Source: a virus (taxonomy: Duplodnaviria > Caudoviricetes). Taken from it: DNA of 64,000 nucleotides. The stretch is taken from positions 1 through 64,000 of the IMG/VR virus record IMGVR_UViG_3300020576_001287. One strand, given 5' to 3'. Below the pieces are notes generated by a model. That model had not been told where the DNA came from, did not search any database, and saw nothing but the letters and a program-made list of their open reading frames with translations. Shown in pieces: positions 18,999 to 29,532 of the stretch; position 1 is the first letter of the stretch, and the number at the start of each line of letters is the position of its first letter. The translations under genes and the position numbers were made by a program.

Positions 18999-20900
18999 AT
19001 GCAACCAAACGGAGCAGCCAGAACCGAAATTAACATAGTTGATTACTCCCAGATAATAAATACATCGTTATCCGGTGTGACTAATATGCTTGGTCTTACT
19101 GAGAGGGGGTTAGTTAATACCCCTAAACTTGTGGGCACATGGGAGCAATTTCAACAGGATTTTGGGGGGCTTGTTAGTTACTCAGATTTTCCATTATATT
19201 GTAAAAGGGCTTTGGAACGTGGGGCGGCATTGATGGTATCAAGAGCAGCTAAGTTCTCTGACCTGACAGACCCTACAACCATAAGCGGGGTTAAAGCATA
19301 CGTCACACAAACACAATCTACCGCTTCTGCGGCTGGGGCTACCACTACAGCTACAATGCTTACTGATGCTAATGGCACTGTAAGCGTTATTGCAATAATA
19401 CCAGGTGCTCCAAATGTAACACTGGCAGATGCAGTAGCAGTAACGGCTGCGGCAACACTGACGGATAACGTGGCTTTGATAGAAGCTGCCATAGATGCTG
19501 GAACTAGTACGCATGGTTTTTCTTCTACTGCCACTGTAGCAGCTTTGGCTATAACAGCTCCGGCCTCTTACGGGGCTTTCAGTAATCGTATAACTATACG
19601 CATAACGTCTACTACCGGCATAACATGGGATTCTTTCGTATACACTATGACAGGTGGGGTAGATGCTACTGTAAATACCGGTACTGTTACGGTGACAGCG
19701 TTGGCTATTGGCACAGCGTACAACGGGGGCACTGTAACAGTTGGTTACCCTGCTTCTAATCGCCCACATTACTTTGACATAACTATAGCTTTGCCTGGTA
19801 GCGTATTGGCTACAGAAACATACTACGATATACCACAGGCAGGTAATACAGATGCTTTCGATACTGCTATACTAGCTATGGTACAGGCCAGCAGCATTAT
19901 AAGTGCTTTTACAGCCAATGATAACTTTGTACTACAGCCACATGTTTATACTTTAGCCTCCGGTACAAATACCTCAGCACTAACCACAGCCGACTATATA
20001 GGGGATGCTACAGGGCTTACAAACCTACATTCTTTTGACAATGACGGTACGGCTACTAAGGTGGCTATACCAGACGTAGTTGATCCTGTGCTAGACATAG
20101 CATTAGTAGCCTGGGCAGATCAGCGTAAGGATTGCATGGCGATTATCCGCACTCCGGTAGGACTACAACCGTCAGTAAACATAGACTACCGTAATGGTAG
20201 TGGAGTATATTCTCATACTCCTATAGATTCTTGGAGAGCTATCATGAGCACTGGCGGTTTGTTGGTACTTGACCCACGTACCAACACTAAAAGGAACATA
20301 TCTGAAATTGGTGACCTGATAGGGGCAATAGCTTCTAAGGACAATTCTCAGGGGCAATGGTTCTCTTTTTCAGGTTCTAAGAGAGGTCTTGTAAGTAATG
20401 CTTATGGTGTCGTAATTAACGTAGGTACACCAGCACAGGTAGCTAATGCCAACCTATACGATACCAACGGTATAAACCCTGTTATACAGAACAGTGCAAA
20501 ACAGATATTGTTTTGGGGTAACTCTACGTTGTGGCGCACCCGCACAAGTTTCTTAGCTAAGGCAGAGGTAGCTGAACTAATGGTGTTTTTGTACCGTTTC
20601 CTCAGTTCTGTTATCCCTAGTGAGACCTTTGAGCCTAATGATGTGGATACATGGAAAACCATTTACCGCAAGGTTAAAGCGGGTATGGATGACCTACAGG
20701 GCCGCAGAGCTATATGGCGTTGGGATTACCAGGGGGATCAGGACATTGTAGATGTGTCACAGGCTGTTGTAAATAGCTCTGCTAACATAGATGCCGGACA
20801 GTATAAGTTTAAGCTGTTTGTGTCTCCTAAAGTGGCTATGAAGTACATAGAGGTGACAGTGGCTGTAACAAATAGCGGTATAGACTTTACAGAGCTATAG
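18999..20900 (+). CDS. Contractile tail sheath protein
   Basis: GLTERG...PKLVGTWEQFQQDFGG, ALERGA.LMVSR; C-terminal GINPVI....ILFWGNSTL; followed by tube gene. Confidence 0.9.
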   Translation: MQPNGAARTEINIVDYSQIINTSLSGVTNMLGLTERGLVNTPKLVGTWEQFQQDFGGLVSYSDFPLYCKRALERGAALMVSRAAKFSDLTDPTTISGVKAYVTQTQSTASAAGATTTATMLTDANGTVSVIAIIPGAPNVTLADAVAVTAAATLTDNVALIEAAIDAGTSTHGFSSTATVAALAITAPASYGAFSNRITIRITSTTGITWDSFVYTMTGGVDATVNTGTVTVTALAIGTAYNGGTVTVGYPASNRPHYFDITIALPGSVLATETYYDIPQAGNTDAFDTAILAMVQASSIISAFTANDNFVLQPHVYTLASGTNTSALTTADYIGDATGLTNLHSFDNDGTATKVAIPDVVDPVLDIALVAWADQRKDCMAIIRTPVGLQPSVNIDYRNGSGVYSHTPIDSWRAIMSTGGLLVLDPRTNTKRNISEIGDLIGAIASKDNSQGQWFSFSGSKRGLVSNAYGVVINVGTPAQVANANLYDTNGINPVIQNSAKQILFWGNSTLWRTRTSFLAKAEVAELMVFLYRFLSSVIPSETFEPNDVDTWKTIYRKVKAGMDDLQGRRAIWRWDYQGDQDIVDVSQAVVNSSANIDAGQYKFKLFVSPKVAMKYIEVTVAVTNSGIDFTEL

Positions 20901-20953
20901 TATAATCTGAGGGTGAAAAAAAAAATAAAGTAACTTTAAAAATATAAAAAGTC

Positions 20954-21409
20954 ATGGCTAACGTAGCTAATACCAAGAAAGTGTTTATGTTCCAAGTGGA
21001 AATTAACGGCCTCAACCAGTTTGAGTGTCAGAAATTTAAACCACCTGGGGTAGCTATAGACAAGGTGGAGCATGGAGATACTAACTATAGTGTTAAAACA
21101 GCCGGACGTTACAATATTGATGACATTGTAATAGAGAAAATACGCCCGTTACCTGGCTCAGACACTTGGGCTTGGGCTTGGCTTATGTCAGCACAAGACC
21201 CTATAGCAGGAGGTGGGCAACTATCATCTAACATAAAGCAGACAATAGTAGTCCGCGAGTTGGATGCTACCGGCACCACAGTTATAAACACATGGCAATA
21301 TGATGGGTGCTGGGTATGTGGCATAGAGCAGAGCGAATTTGATCGTATGTCCAGCGACAACATCATAGAAACCGTAACCATATCTACGGACGTAGGTACA
21401 AGGTTCTAA
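20954..21409 (+). CDS. Tail tube protein (T4 gp19-like)
   Basis: F.FQVEING, KTAGR...DDIVIEK, WAWAW, IVVRELD......W....CW, NIIETVTI. Confidence 0.88.
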   Translation: MANVANTKKVFMFQVEINGLNQFECQKFKPPGVAIDKVEHGDTNYSVKTAGRYNIDDIVIEKIRPLPGSDTWAWAWLMSAQDPIAGGGQLSSNIKQTIVVRELDATGTTVINTWQYDGCWVCGIEQSEFDRMSSDNIIETVTISTDVGTRF

Positions 21410-21426
21410 ACCAATACAAATAGTTT

Positions 21427-21464
21427 TTAAAGTAGCCTCCACCATCGGAGGCTACTTTAATTTA
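21427..21464 (+). terminator. Intrinsic terminator whose arms carry half-sites of the palindrome variant
   Basis: TTAAAGTAGCCTCC-ACCATC-GGAGGCTACTTTAA then TTTA. Confidence 0.7.
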
Positions 21465-21510
21465 TACTAACAGTAAAATTTTGTACTTTTACATTTAAAC
21501 ATACAGATTT

Positions 21511-22404
21511 ATGATACCGAAGAACAAACACACATTTAATCTGGTTACAGGCATACCAGCCCAAGTGACAGAACTTACAGGGTTAGAGCAGAAGCTACTG
21601 ACCGAAAATAAGAACCACACGCCAGAGGAGCGTAATATACTATTGCTTGGTAGCATACTACATAGCGTAGGGGAATTTGACCTATCTACCATGTCTGCTA
21701 AGGATCGTGAGGACTTCATTAGAAAGATGCCGTCTGCTGACCGTAAGAAAGCATTATGCGAGGCTAGACAATTCAGTAATGACTTTGATCCAATATTTGA
21801 CTTTTTATTTGAGTATACAAGCTGCGACCCTACAAAGGGTAAACAGAGTCAGTTGATGGAGATAAACCTAGGCTCCGGCTCTTTCCCATGCAAGCCTGTT
21901 GGGGACTTCAATGAGAAGATGCTACAGGATAAGGAGGGTAACCCGTTAACAAAGATGCGGGATATAATGGCTTCTTTGGATACTATGGTACCAAAAGTAT
22001 TTAGCAATTACCAGGAGGTGCTGGATAATATGTACGTGTTCTTTTCAGTCCCTAAATCAAAGCTTCGTATACGTATGCGTATGTTGGATGCCGCAGGGGA
22101 GGCTAGAGCTAGTGCGACTAAGGAAGACCAAAGAAGCTCACACACAACACTTATAATGCGTAACGTGTGTTACCAAACGGATAATAGCACAAACTGGATA
22201 AGCTTTACAGCCCAAGACCTGGATAAGCTACCCGCATTTGATTTGGAGGTTATGCGTATTGTTCGCAAGTATGTGGAGGGTAACGTAGATTCTGAAATTC
22301 AGTTTGAACACCCAGAGGCAAACAGACTACCGGCAGACAAGAAGACAGTAACTGTAGACCTGTTAAGCCAATTAAGTTTTTTCTTCCAATCGGGGATAAT
22401 TTAG
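21511..22404 (+). CDS. Tail assembly chaperone (gpG-like)
   Basis: Between tube and tape measure; ends just after a slippery heptamer. Confidence 0.7.
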   Translation: MIPKNKHTFNLVTGIPAQVTELTGLEQKLLTENKNHTPEERNILLLGSILHSVGEFDLSTMSAKDREDFIRKMPSADRKKALCEARQFSNDFDPIFDFLFEYTSCDPTKGKQSQLMEINLGSGSFPCKPVGDFNEKMLQDKEGNPLTKMRDIMASLDTMVPKVFSNYQEVLDNMYVFFSVPKSKLRIRMRMLDAAGEARASATKEDQRSSHTTLIMRNVCYQTDNSTNWISFTAQDLDKLPAFDLEVMRIVRKYVEGNVDSEIQFEHPEANRLPADKKTVTVDLLSQLSFFFQSGII

Positions 22405-22586
22405 ATTCTATCTATTTTTACCTCGGCTACTGTGGGCTAAAAGGATTAGGTTTAGAGGAGTTTTACAGAATGTCACTGAACCGTATAAAGGGGTTTAAGC
22501 GAATGATGGATACGCAGAAAGAGTTTGAGAAGCAGGCCGCTAAACCGAAAGCAGGTAAGCGACCAAGTTTTACAGGCAGAAGATAA
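22377..22586 (+). CDS. Programmed -1 frameshift extension (gpGT-like) of the tail chaperone
   Basis: T TTT TTC heptamer at 22377-22383; the -1 frame reads FLPIGDNLDSIYFYLGYCGLKGLGLEEFYRMSLNRIKGFKRMMDTQKEFEKQAAKPKAGKRPSFTGRR to the stop at 22584-22586. Confidence 0.75.
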   Translation, partial: FFLPIGDNLDSIYFYLGYCGLKGLGLEEFYRMSLNRIKGFKRMMDTQKEFEKQAAKPKAGKRPSFTGRR

Positions 22587-22599
22587 AGTAACTTTAGTC

Positions 22600-25212
22600 A
22601 TGGGATTAGGAGTAGGTACATATAGTGATGGGTTTGGGGTAGCTTTCACGCTGCTGGATCAGTTTTCAGCAGTTGCTAGAAAGATAGAATCCTCTATGTC
22701 CTCACTTACAGCTAAATCCACCGCATTTGCAGGGGCCATGAATAAAGGGTTGGGTTATGGGTATGCTCCGGCAAGGGAGGCAAGGGTAGTGGCTAATGAA
22801 ACCATTGCTCTTGCTTCTCTTGCTGAGGAGGCGGCTATAGATAAGCTGGTTATGGATCATAGGTTAGCAGCATCTACCATAAAACTAGCAGAAGCTAACG
22901 AAACCGCAGCCATAGAAGAAGCGGTTAGAAAAGCAGAATTGGATGAAGTAGCAAAGGCGGCAGCAGCTAGACAAATTGCTATTGACGAGGCTATGAATCG
23001 TTCTAACCAGCGTAGGGCTATGGAGGCTATAGAAGCTCGTAGATTGGAAATGCTGGCAGAGATAGAGGCGGCTAATGCCGCAGCAGCATCTGCTGCCATA
23101 GCGGAGGCTGCTAACGCTAGAGTACAAGCCAGCTTGGTTGGGCTAGGTGCTGCGGTTATAGGGTTAGCCCTGGTAATAAAGGGGGCTAAAGTAGATGAGC
23201 TATTTCAAAAAGAAGAGTTAGCTATACAGGGTTTTGTAGGTTCTGCCGACAAAGCCCATGCTGCTTTTATGGAGTTGCAAGCAGATGCCAACTTTAACCC
23301 TATGATGGGCCTAGAGAATATGCTAAAAACACACTCGCTATTACTTTCTCAGAATACCCCTATAGAGCAGTCACTACGCCTTACCCGAAACCTGAGTAAC
23401 ATGCTTACGGCTGTGGGTAGAGGAGCACCGGAGTTATCAAGAGTTGGTAGGGAGTTGGAGAAGATAGCAGCTATGGGCCACCTAACAGGCAGGGAGCTTA
23501 ACCAGGCAGCAGCAGCCGGTATACCCTTACGCCAGCTATTGGAGGATTATTTCGGACACGCTTTGCCCAATACTTTAAAAGACTTTCCTATAACTATTGA
23601 TGATCTTGATAAGGCGTTAGAATTGGCGATGCGTACAGGGGGCAGATTCTCTAAAGCGTTTGAAAAAATGTCCGAGAGTATCATGTTTCAGTTTGCAAGA
23701 CTAAAGAATGAGATAACGTATACTTTCCTTGCTATAGGTAAAGCAGTGGAGCCTATTACAGTAACTGTGGGGGCTGCTTTGACAGGGTTGTTCACTACAC
23801 TAAAGCTGTTTTCACAGAGTTGGGTAGGACATGCGTTTTGGATTGTAACAACCAGTTTACTTGCTTTTACTGCCGCTGTGTCCCTTGCTACTTTAGGTGG
23901 TAAGGGTTTGTCGTTGGTGCTAGGTAAAATGGCACATGGTTTGGGGTATGCCACTCTTAAAGCTACTTTAGCCACTGAGGGATTTGCAGCAACATTAGCT
24001 ACTATAGGTAAAACCATAGGTAAAACCATAGTATCCAATCCAATGTTTAAATGGTTCGCAGTTTTTGCAGCCGGTACCGCACTTGTCACAAATGCCACCA
24101 GCCATTTTAAAAGGGTTATGGAAGACCAAGAGGCTGTTACTGGGGGTATGACAGGTAGGCTACAGCGGTTAGGTGGTGTGCTGTCATTTATAACTGAGGC
24201 ATTTGCCAACTACAATGAGCAAACCAAACGTTCTGATATGAGTCAGAGCATGGTAACTGCTTTGGATAAGCTGGGGTTACACAACTATACTGCCACCTTA
24301 TTTAAACTAGTTGCTGGTACTATGGAGTTGGTATATGGTATGGGGGATGCTTTTGCACAGTTGGCGCATATAGGCATGGCAGCTTTAGAGGCTATAAGCA
24401 GCATACTATCCGGCATAAATAAAGCCCTGAAGTTTATAATACCTGGGTTTGCCAACTTAACCCAAGACCTTGATGCTATGAGGGCTATAGGTTGGGTATT
24501 AGGTACCATAATCATAGGGGTAACTACCAACATGTTTAGGCTTGGGTTGGTATCTTCTTGGGCTTTTATACAGGTTATAGCAAAAGGATTATGGGCAGCT
24601 ATAGAAGGGTTTGGCCTATGGGCTATAGAGATACTAGCAGTTACCTACGTTACTTATGGTTTAGCAGCAGCTGTAGCCTTGGCAACAGGTGGGGTGTTAC
24701 TTATAGCAGGAGTATTGGGGTACTTTGTCAGTCAGACAAATAATAGCAGTCTTGCTATGGATGATCTTGGTAGTAGTTTCAGTAATGTTGTAAAACCAAT
24801 AGACGAGGCTACAGCAGCTATGAATAAATTTAAGGATGCTGAGAGCAGGCGTAATGCTTTGATGAATACCAATAAAGAGATAATGCAGGATTGGCAGAAT
24901 GGTAACTATCTTAAAGCATTTATAGGCACATTAAAGCAGCCTTTTCAAATGGCTGCTATGGATTATAATGGGGATGCTCAAACACTGGCTTCACCGGAAG
25001 CTATAAACATGCCACAGGTACAACAGCAGCAGGCTATACTGAATACAACCACTCGTACAAGCGATGGTACGTATCCTGATATGAGTTATGCACCGGCCCC
25101 AGGCAGGGATATAGTAATACCGGTGAACATAGATGGTAGAGAGGTAGCTAAAGTAACTTACCCACTACTGAAACAAATGGAGTATAAAGAAGTAGCAACA
25201 AGAAATGCTTAA
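22600..25212 (+). CDS. Tape measure protein
   Basis: Long Ala-rich helical protein with tape-measure domain (LEKIAAMGHLTGRELNQAAAAGIP) and hydrophobic stretches; start set at ATG 22600. Confidence 0.88.
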   Translation: MGLGVGTYSDGFGVAFTLLDQFSAVARKIESSMSSLTAKSTAFAGAMNKGLGYGYAPAREARVVANETIALASLAEEAAIDKLVMDHRLAASTIKLAEANETAAIEEAVRKAELDEVAKAAAARQIAIDEAMNRSNQRRAMEAIEARRLEMLAEIEAANAAAASAAIAEAANARVQASLVGLGAAVIGLALVIKGAKVDELFQKEELAIQGFVGSADKAHAAFMELQADANFNPMMGLENMLKTHSLLLSQNTPIEQSLRLTRNLSNMLTAVGRGAPELSRVGRELEKIAAMGHLTGRELNQAAAAGIPLRQLLEDYFGHALPNTLKDFPITIDDLDKALELAMRTGGRFSKAFEKMSESIMFQFARLKNEITYTFLAIGKAVEPITVTVGAALTGLFTTLKLFSQSWVGHAFWIVTTSLLAFTAAVSLATLGGKGLSLVLGKMAHGLGYATLKATLATEGFAATLATIGKTIGKTIVSNPMFKWFAVFAAGTALVTNATSHFKRVMEDQEAVTGGMTGRLQRLGGVLSFITEAFANYNEQTKRSDMSQSMVTALDKLGLHNYTATLFKLVAGTMELVYGMGDAFAQLAHIGMAALEAISSILSGINKALKFIIPGFANLTQDLDAMRAIGWVLGTIIIGVTTNMFRLGLVSSWAFIQVIAKGLWAAIEGFGLWAIEILAVTYVTYGLAAAVALATGGVLLIAGVLGYFVSQTNNSSLAMDDLGSSFSNVVKPIDEATAAMNKFKDAESRRNALMNTNKEIMQDWQNGNYLKAFIGTLKQPFQMAAMDYNGDAQTLASPEAINMPQVQQQQAILNTTTRTSDGTYPDMSYAPAPGRDIVIPVNIDGREVAKVTYPLLKQMEYKEVATRNA

Positions 25213-25214
25213 TT

Positions 25215-26039
25215 ATGGCTAACCCATTAGATGCACAGCTAAAGAAGAATTATACTGAGGGTAACCATGACAGTATATTAAACCGAGGGTTAAATACCAC
25301 TGGGGGTAAGATGTATTTTGTCAACTTGGGTACAGGAAACAGAGAGAGTGGTAATAGGCTGGAAATACAATTTATACCATCTGACATTAACCTATCTCGT
25401 AAGGGCACTTGGGCAGAATCTAATGTGATCGGAAGAAACGACCCAAGGTACCAGTACGTAGGTGGGCAGACTACACTTAATTTTAGCTTGGACTTTTATG
25501 CTGATGAGGAGAGCCGGACTTCAGTAGTGCGTAAAGTACAATGGTTGCAGTCTCTTATAGCCAACGACAGAAGCAGGCGTAAAGCTCCTAGGGTGTTACT
25601 AGTGATGGGGTCTTTATTCACAAGTGAAATATGGATAGTGAGCAGTGTGGACGTAAAGTACGATAACCTACACAGACAATTCGGGTTCATGCCTCAGCAG
25701 GCTATAGTAGACATAGAATTAAAGTTAGACCCATCGTTTAATACCGGATGGGATGACATTCGTAGTCAGAAGTGGGTAGCAGCTCAGGCAGACGGTATGA
25801 GGCCAATAGTGTTGGATAAAAGTGCAGACCCCACAGCGGCTAAGAAAAGTAACTTTAAACCACCATCTACCCGCCCTTATTTAGGAGTCAGAGAGGCAGA
25901 TGACATTGATGTAGGTAACGGTAATGACTGGCAGGCTATTATAAAGAGAGTATCACAGCGGTATAGGTTACCATTTGGGGCAGACATTATAAAAGACCCT
26001 GGATTTAACCCAGGCAGAATAGGTAGTATAGGAGGCTAA
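25215..26039 (+). CDS. Tube initiator / baseplate hub protein
   Basis: IQFIPSDI..SRK..W.E..VIGRNDP.YQYVGG.TTL.FSLDF. Confidence 0.7.
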   Translation: MANPLDAQLKKNYTEGNHDSILNRGLNTTGGKMYFVNLGTGNRESGNRLEIQFIPSDINLSRKGTWAESNVIGRNDPRYQYVGGQTTLNFSLDFYADEESRTSVVRKVQWLQSLIANDRSRRKAPRVLLVMGSLFTSEIWIVSSVDVKYDNLHRQFGFMPQQAIVDIELKLDPSFNTGWDDIRSQKWVAAQADGMRPIVLDKSADPTAAKKSNFKPPSTRPYLGVREADDIDVGNGNDWQAIIKRVSQRYRLPFGADIIKDPGFNPGRIGSIGG

Positions 26040-26043
26040 TATT

Positions 26044-26379
26044 ATGGTTACAGCGCAACAGCGGTTAGTATTAAGACCGACAAATTTATACGGCAACGCA
26101 TTTATTGTAGACTTTCCCCTAGATGGTGAAAGTCTATTATTGCGTGATATAGTACCATTTACAGCAGATGTCGCTGATACGTGGTACCCTGTTATACAGA
26201 ACGAGCGGCTAGAGCTAATAGCCTACAACAGCTACAAGGATTACACCGATAGGGCTTGTGAATTGTGGTGGGTAATAGCGGATGCAAACAATATTTTTAA
26301 CCCTTTTGATCTCAGTGATTACGTAGGTAGTAGCCTGCTTATACCAGACTTCAATACTAAAGTAGCTCCTTTAATGTAA
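26044..26379 (+). CDS. LysM-like baseplate protein (P2 gpX-like)
   Basis: ERLELIAY..Y......LWWVIADANNI.NPF...G..L.IP. Confidence 0.75.
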   Translation: MVTAQQRLVLRPTNLYGNAFIVDFPLDGESLLLRDIVPFTADVADTWYPVIQNERLELIAYNSYKDYTDRACELWWVIADANNIFNPFDLSDYVGSSLLIPDFNTKVAPLM

Positions 26380-27929
26380 TGGCAAAGTCTCCGGTAATAT
26401 CCGTTATACTTGGTAATGCTGACAATGCTTTAGACATATCCGGCATGGTGGATAGTCTAAGCTACAGCCGGAGCATCTATAGGGATGACACTGTAGAGGT
26501 GGAGATTAAAAACATCTTTGTAGACTACTTGCTAGAGCAGCCTGCTTGTAACGCTGGGCAACCTATCACTTTCTCATACGGCTTCATAGGAGAGACACTA
26601 AGTCCAAGCACAACACTTATACTAGCTGATATAGAGCCTGTGTATACCGGTGGGGGTACTAGGCTGCGTTTAAGTAATGTAGACGTTTCACAAGCCATGC
26701 GTAAACTACATAGTAGCAGGGTGTGGAAGAATATGCGGCATGATGAGATAATAGAGGAGCTGGCTAGATTGCATGGTATACCATCTGACATACAGCAGGT
26801 TTTAATAGACCCGAAAAGTCAGGAGGTTAATTTGAAGTATAGTGATAATCCAAACTCAGATAGTACCACCTTTGCCGGTACCATAACAACAGAGACTCAG
26901 ACAGACCCAACAAGGTTGGCCCAATATAAGGCGATACAAAATATAGCTATAGGCGGTGGTAAAACGGTACCGTACAAAAAGTTATCTAGCCTACCGCAAG
27001 GGTGGCGTAATAACCAGCAGATGTTTCAGGACATTGCGGCTATGCTCCCTGATGGTATGATGACATACGTTACAAGAGGTACGATATACTGTAGGCAGAA
27101 GAATACTGGGGATCGTAGCGTAGCAGTGTTTTCAAGGGGTGGAGAAGATGTTTTAAAGTTTGCTCCCAAATATAAAGAGATTGGGGGCAAGGGTAGTCAA
27201 AAGGGAGTTAGCACAGCAGCCGGAACAGAGAAGTTTGATCCTGAAACTACTGAGACATACATAACGCTTGGAGACTACCATCTAGTAGCTTCAGACAGCC
27301 AAATATTTGAGGTGGATGGGGAGGGTAATAGAAGGTTACTGAAGCCATATAGTGATATGACACAAGCAGAGTCCAGTACTGATACTGATACCGGTTTAGA
27401 CCAAACTTTATACAAAGCTCTTAGCTCCGCACATAAAACCAATGTATCCTTAGATGACTTGAAATTGTTTTTAATGGGTAAACCTATGAATGAGTCTGTA
27501 AGGAAAGACCTCATAGAAACAACAGCATGGGCACAGGAGGGGGTAGTACAAAGCAAAGAGGAGATATTAACTGCGGAATTGGTGATTATAGGTAACGTAA
27601 ACATGGATATAAATACCACAGTCACTATTAGCGGTTTTGCAACTAGGTTTACCGGTAACTGGTATGTGCGTGATGTTAATGACGATATAGATGACAGCGG
27701 GTTTATAACCAGCTTATACCTGGTTAAGGGAGAAGTTAAAAAAGGTATAGTACCAACTACAAATAAAAATACAGTGTCAGGGTCGGATACGCAGCGTAAG
27801 CGTAGCGTAGGGGTACAAGGCTGGGATAACAAGAGTGGGTTTAATATAAACGCCCCAGGATCAAATGTACCTGTTGATAACAAGACCCCAGCACCTGTAG
27901 ATAAGAGCATTAAAATAACCACCAGATGA
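26379..27929 (+). CDS. Baseplate hub (P2 gpD / T4 gp27-like)
   Basis: Synteny; VTISGFATRFTGNWYV..V.D.I...GF.T.L. Confidence 0.75.
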   Translation: MAKSPVISVILGNADNALDISGMVDSLSYSRSIYRDDTVEVEIKNIFVDYLLEQPACNAGQPITFSYGFIGETLSPSTTLILADIEPVYTGGGTRLRLSNVDVSQAMRKLHSSRVWKNMRHDEIIEELARLHGIPSDIQQVLIDPKSQEVNLKYSDNPNSDSTTFAGTITTETQTDPTRLAQYKAIQNIAIGGGKTVPYKKLSSLPQGWRNNQQMFQDIAAMLPDGMMTYVTRGTIYCRQKNTGDRSVAVFSRGGEDVLKFAPKYKEIGGKGSQKGVSTAAGTEKFDPETTETYITLGDYHLVASDSQIFEVDGEGNRRLLKPYSDMTQAESSTDTDTGLDQTLYKALSSAHKTNVSLDDLKLFLMGKPMNESVRKDLIETTAWAQEGVVQSKEEILTAELVIIGNVNMDINTTVTISGFATRFTGNWYVRDVNDDIDDSGFITSLYLVKGEVKKGIVPTTNKNTVSGSDTQRKRSVGVQGWDNKSGFNINAPGSNVPVDNKTPAPVDKSIKITTR

Positions 27930-28642
27930 GTTTAGCAGAACTACTACAGATACTGCGTAAAAGCGGATTAGACTACTTCAATAAGTACTATGGTATTTAT
28001 GGTGGGGAGGTTGCAGATAATAAAGACCCTGATAAGTGTGGAAGGGTTATACTGAAGGTACCGGCACTGTATGGTAGCGATACTCACGACTATTGGGCTA
28101 CTCCTCGTGGTATTCCAAATGGAGCTGGGGAGGGCATGTTTTGGGTTCCTAAAATAGGGGATAAGGTATGGGTAACATTTGAGAATGGGGATTGCAGGTT
28201 TCCGGTGTGGGAGCATGGGTATTGGGGCACAGCAAAGGAGCATGGTAATAATCCACTAGCTGCATTGTATGATGATGACGGTAGCCCTACAAAAAGACAG
28301 TTAACAACCGGAGCCGGACAAACGTTGCTGTTTGACGATACCAATAAGCTAATACAGATACTTGACGTTACCGGAAATGCTGTGTACCTCAATGAAACAG
28401 GTATAAGCGTAGTTCCTAAAGACGGTAATAAGATAGCCTTGGGTACTTTGGATGGGGCTAAGTATAAGTCGGTACTTGGGGAGGAGCTTAAAAAGCTATT
28501 AGATGAGACACTTAATGCCATACAGTCTATGACTGTTATGACTATGGGAGGGGCCAGCAGTGTACCAATAAATGCTGCTAGCTTTGCCACTATAGCAACT
28601 AAGTTAGATACCATGTTGTCACAAGTAAATACGTTAGAGTGA
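27926..28642 (+). CDS. Central spike (gpV / gp5 OB-fold)
   Basis: YGGEVADNKDPDKCGRV.L.VP..., WVPKIGDKVWVTFENGD.RFPVW. Confidence 0.85.
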   Translation: MSLAELLQILRKSGLDYFNKYYGIYGGEVADNKDPDKCGRVILKVPALYGSDTHDYWATPRGIPNGAGEGMFWVPKIGDKVWVTFENGDCRFPVWEHGYWGTAKEHGNNPLAALYDDDGSPTKRQLTTGAGQTLLFDDTNKLIQILDVTGNAVYLNETGISVVPKDGNKIALGTLDGAKYKSVLGEELKKLLDETLNAIQSMTVMTMGGASSVPINAASFATIATKLDTMLSQVNTLE

Positions 28643-29100
28643 TACCAGTAGCCACAGTTATACAAGATAAATTACAGCAGTATTTTGATGCTTCGTACCC
28701 CACCTTTATAGGCTGGGGTACAACTGATTTAGAGATGTTGAACAGATGGGCAGATGTGATTGATTTTGTATTAGCTGGGGTGGTGCCGGTTAGCCTAACA
28801 TCTGTTGCAGCTAGGGCAGCGTTCATAACTACGCTAACCCCAGGTATGGGAGCATTAGGAGCTTTTCAAGTAACTTTAGTTTCTGCTTTACAACAATACG
28901 CTATAGTATTAGCCGCTGGTATGTTACCAGCCTTTACAGGTATTCCCCCAGTGTTACCACCGGCTATAGTTTTTACAGGGTTGGTAACTAGGTCAGCAGC
29001 TACCGAAATGGCAAACTTATCTGTAGTCTTATATACCTGGGCAGCATCGGGCACCGCAGCTACCCTACCTTCAGGTACTCCCATTGTACCTTGGATTTGA
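28639..29100 (+). CDS. Hypothetical baseplate-region protein (GTG start)
   Basis: Overlaps the spike stop codon; position of tip/accessory protein. Confidence 0.5.
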   Translation: MIPVATVIQDKLQQYFDASYPTFIGWGTTDLEMLNRWADVIDFVLAGVVPVSLTSVAARAAFITTLTPGMGALGAFQVTLVSALQQYAIVLAAGMLPAFTGIPPVLPPAIVFTGLVTRSAATEMANLSVVLYTWAASGTAATLPSGTPIVPWI

Positions 29101-29126
29101 GTTAGCCTTAATGCCTTTTATTTTAT

Positions 29127-29134
29127 TATCTTTG
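29127..29134 (+). promoter_or_regulatory. -7 box TATCTTTG
   Basis: Matches TAnnTTTG 4 nt before the ATG at 29139. Confidence 0.45.
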
Positions 29135-29138
29135 TTCC

Positions 29139-29528
29139 ATGTTTGAGAATTATACCTACTTGGGGGTGGCTATAACGTACCCTATAACAGTTGCTAGAGG
29201 CAGAATAACAACCTCTTCAGGTATAGCTGTTGTAGAAAACTCCATAGCTAAAATACTTACTACACCTGTGGGTACAAGATACATGTGCCCAGAGTATGGG
29301 CATAAACTAGATGAAATACAATATGAGCCTAATGACGAGATACTAGTAAGGCAGTTGCGGTTTTACGTATTGGAGGCTTTGAGAACTTGGGAAAAAAGAG
29401 CAGAGTTTTTAGAGGTAAGAACCATTGTGGCTACTGATGCTGTTATTTGCATCATACAATACCGAATACTACAAAGTAACCAGGTTGAAGACTTCATTTG
29501 GCCTTACTATAAAACATTAAAGACATAA
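29139..29528 (+). CDS. Baseplate wedge protein (gp25/gpW-like)
   Basis: SIAKILTTPVGTRYMCPEYG..L....EPND...EALRTWEKR. Confidence 0.88.
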   Translation: MFENYTYLGVAITYPITVARGRITTSSGIAVVENSIAKILTTPVGTRYMCPEYGHKLDEIQYEPNDEILVRQLRFYVLEALRTWEKRAEFLEVRTIVATDAVICIIQYRILQSNQVEDFIWPYYKTLKT

Positions 29529-29532
29529 TTGT

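Noticed and set aside
22525-22599. Upstream TTG start for the tape measure protein
   Set aside because: Overlaps the gpGT frameshift extension and its stop; ATG 22600 fits better.
24004-24031. 12-bp tandem repeat ATAGGTAAAACC in the tape measure gene
   Set aside because: Small in-frame duplication (TIGK)2, ordinary for tape measure proteins.
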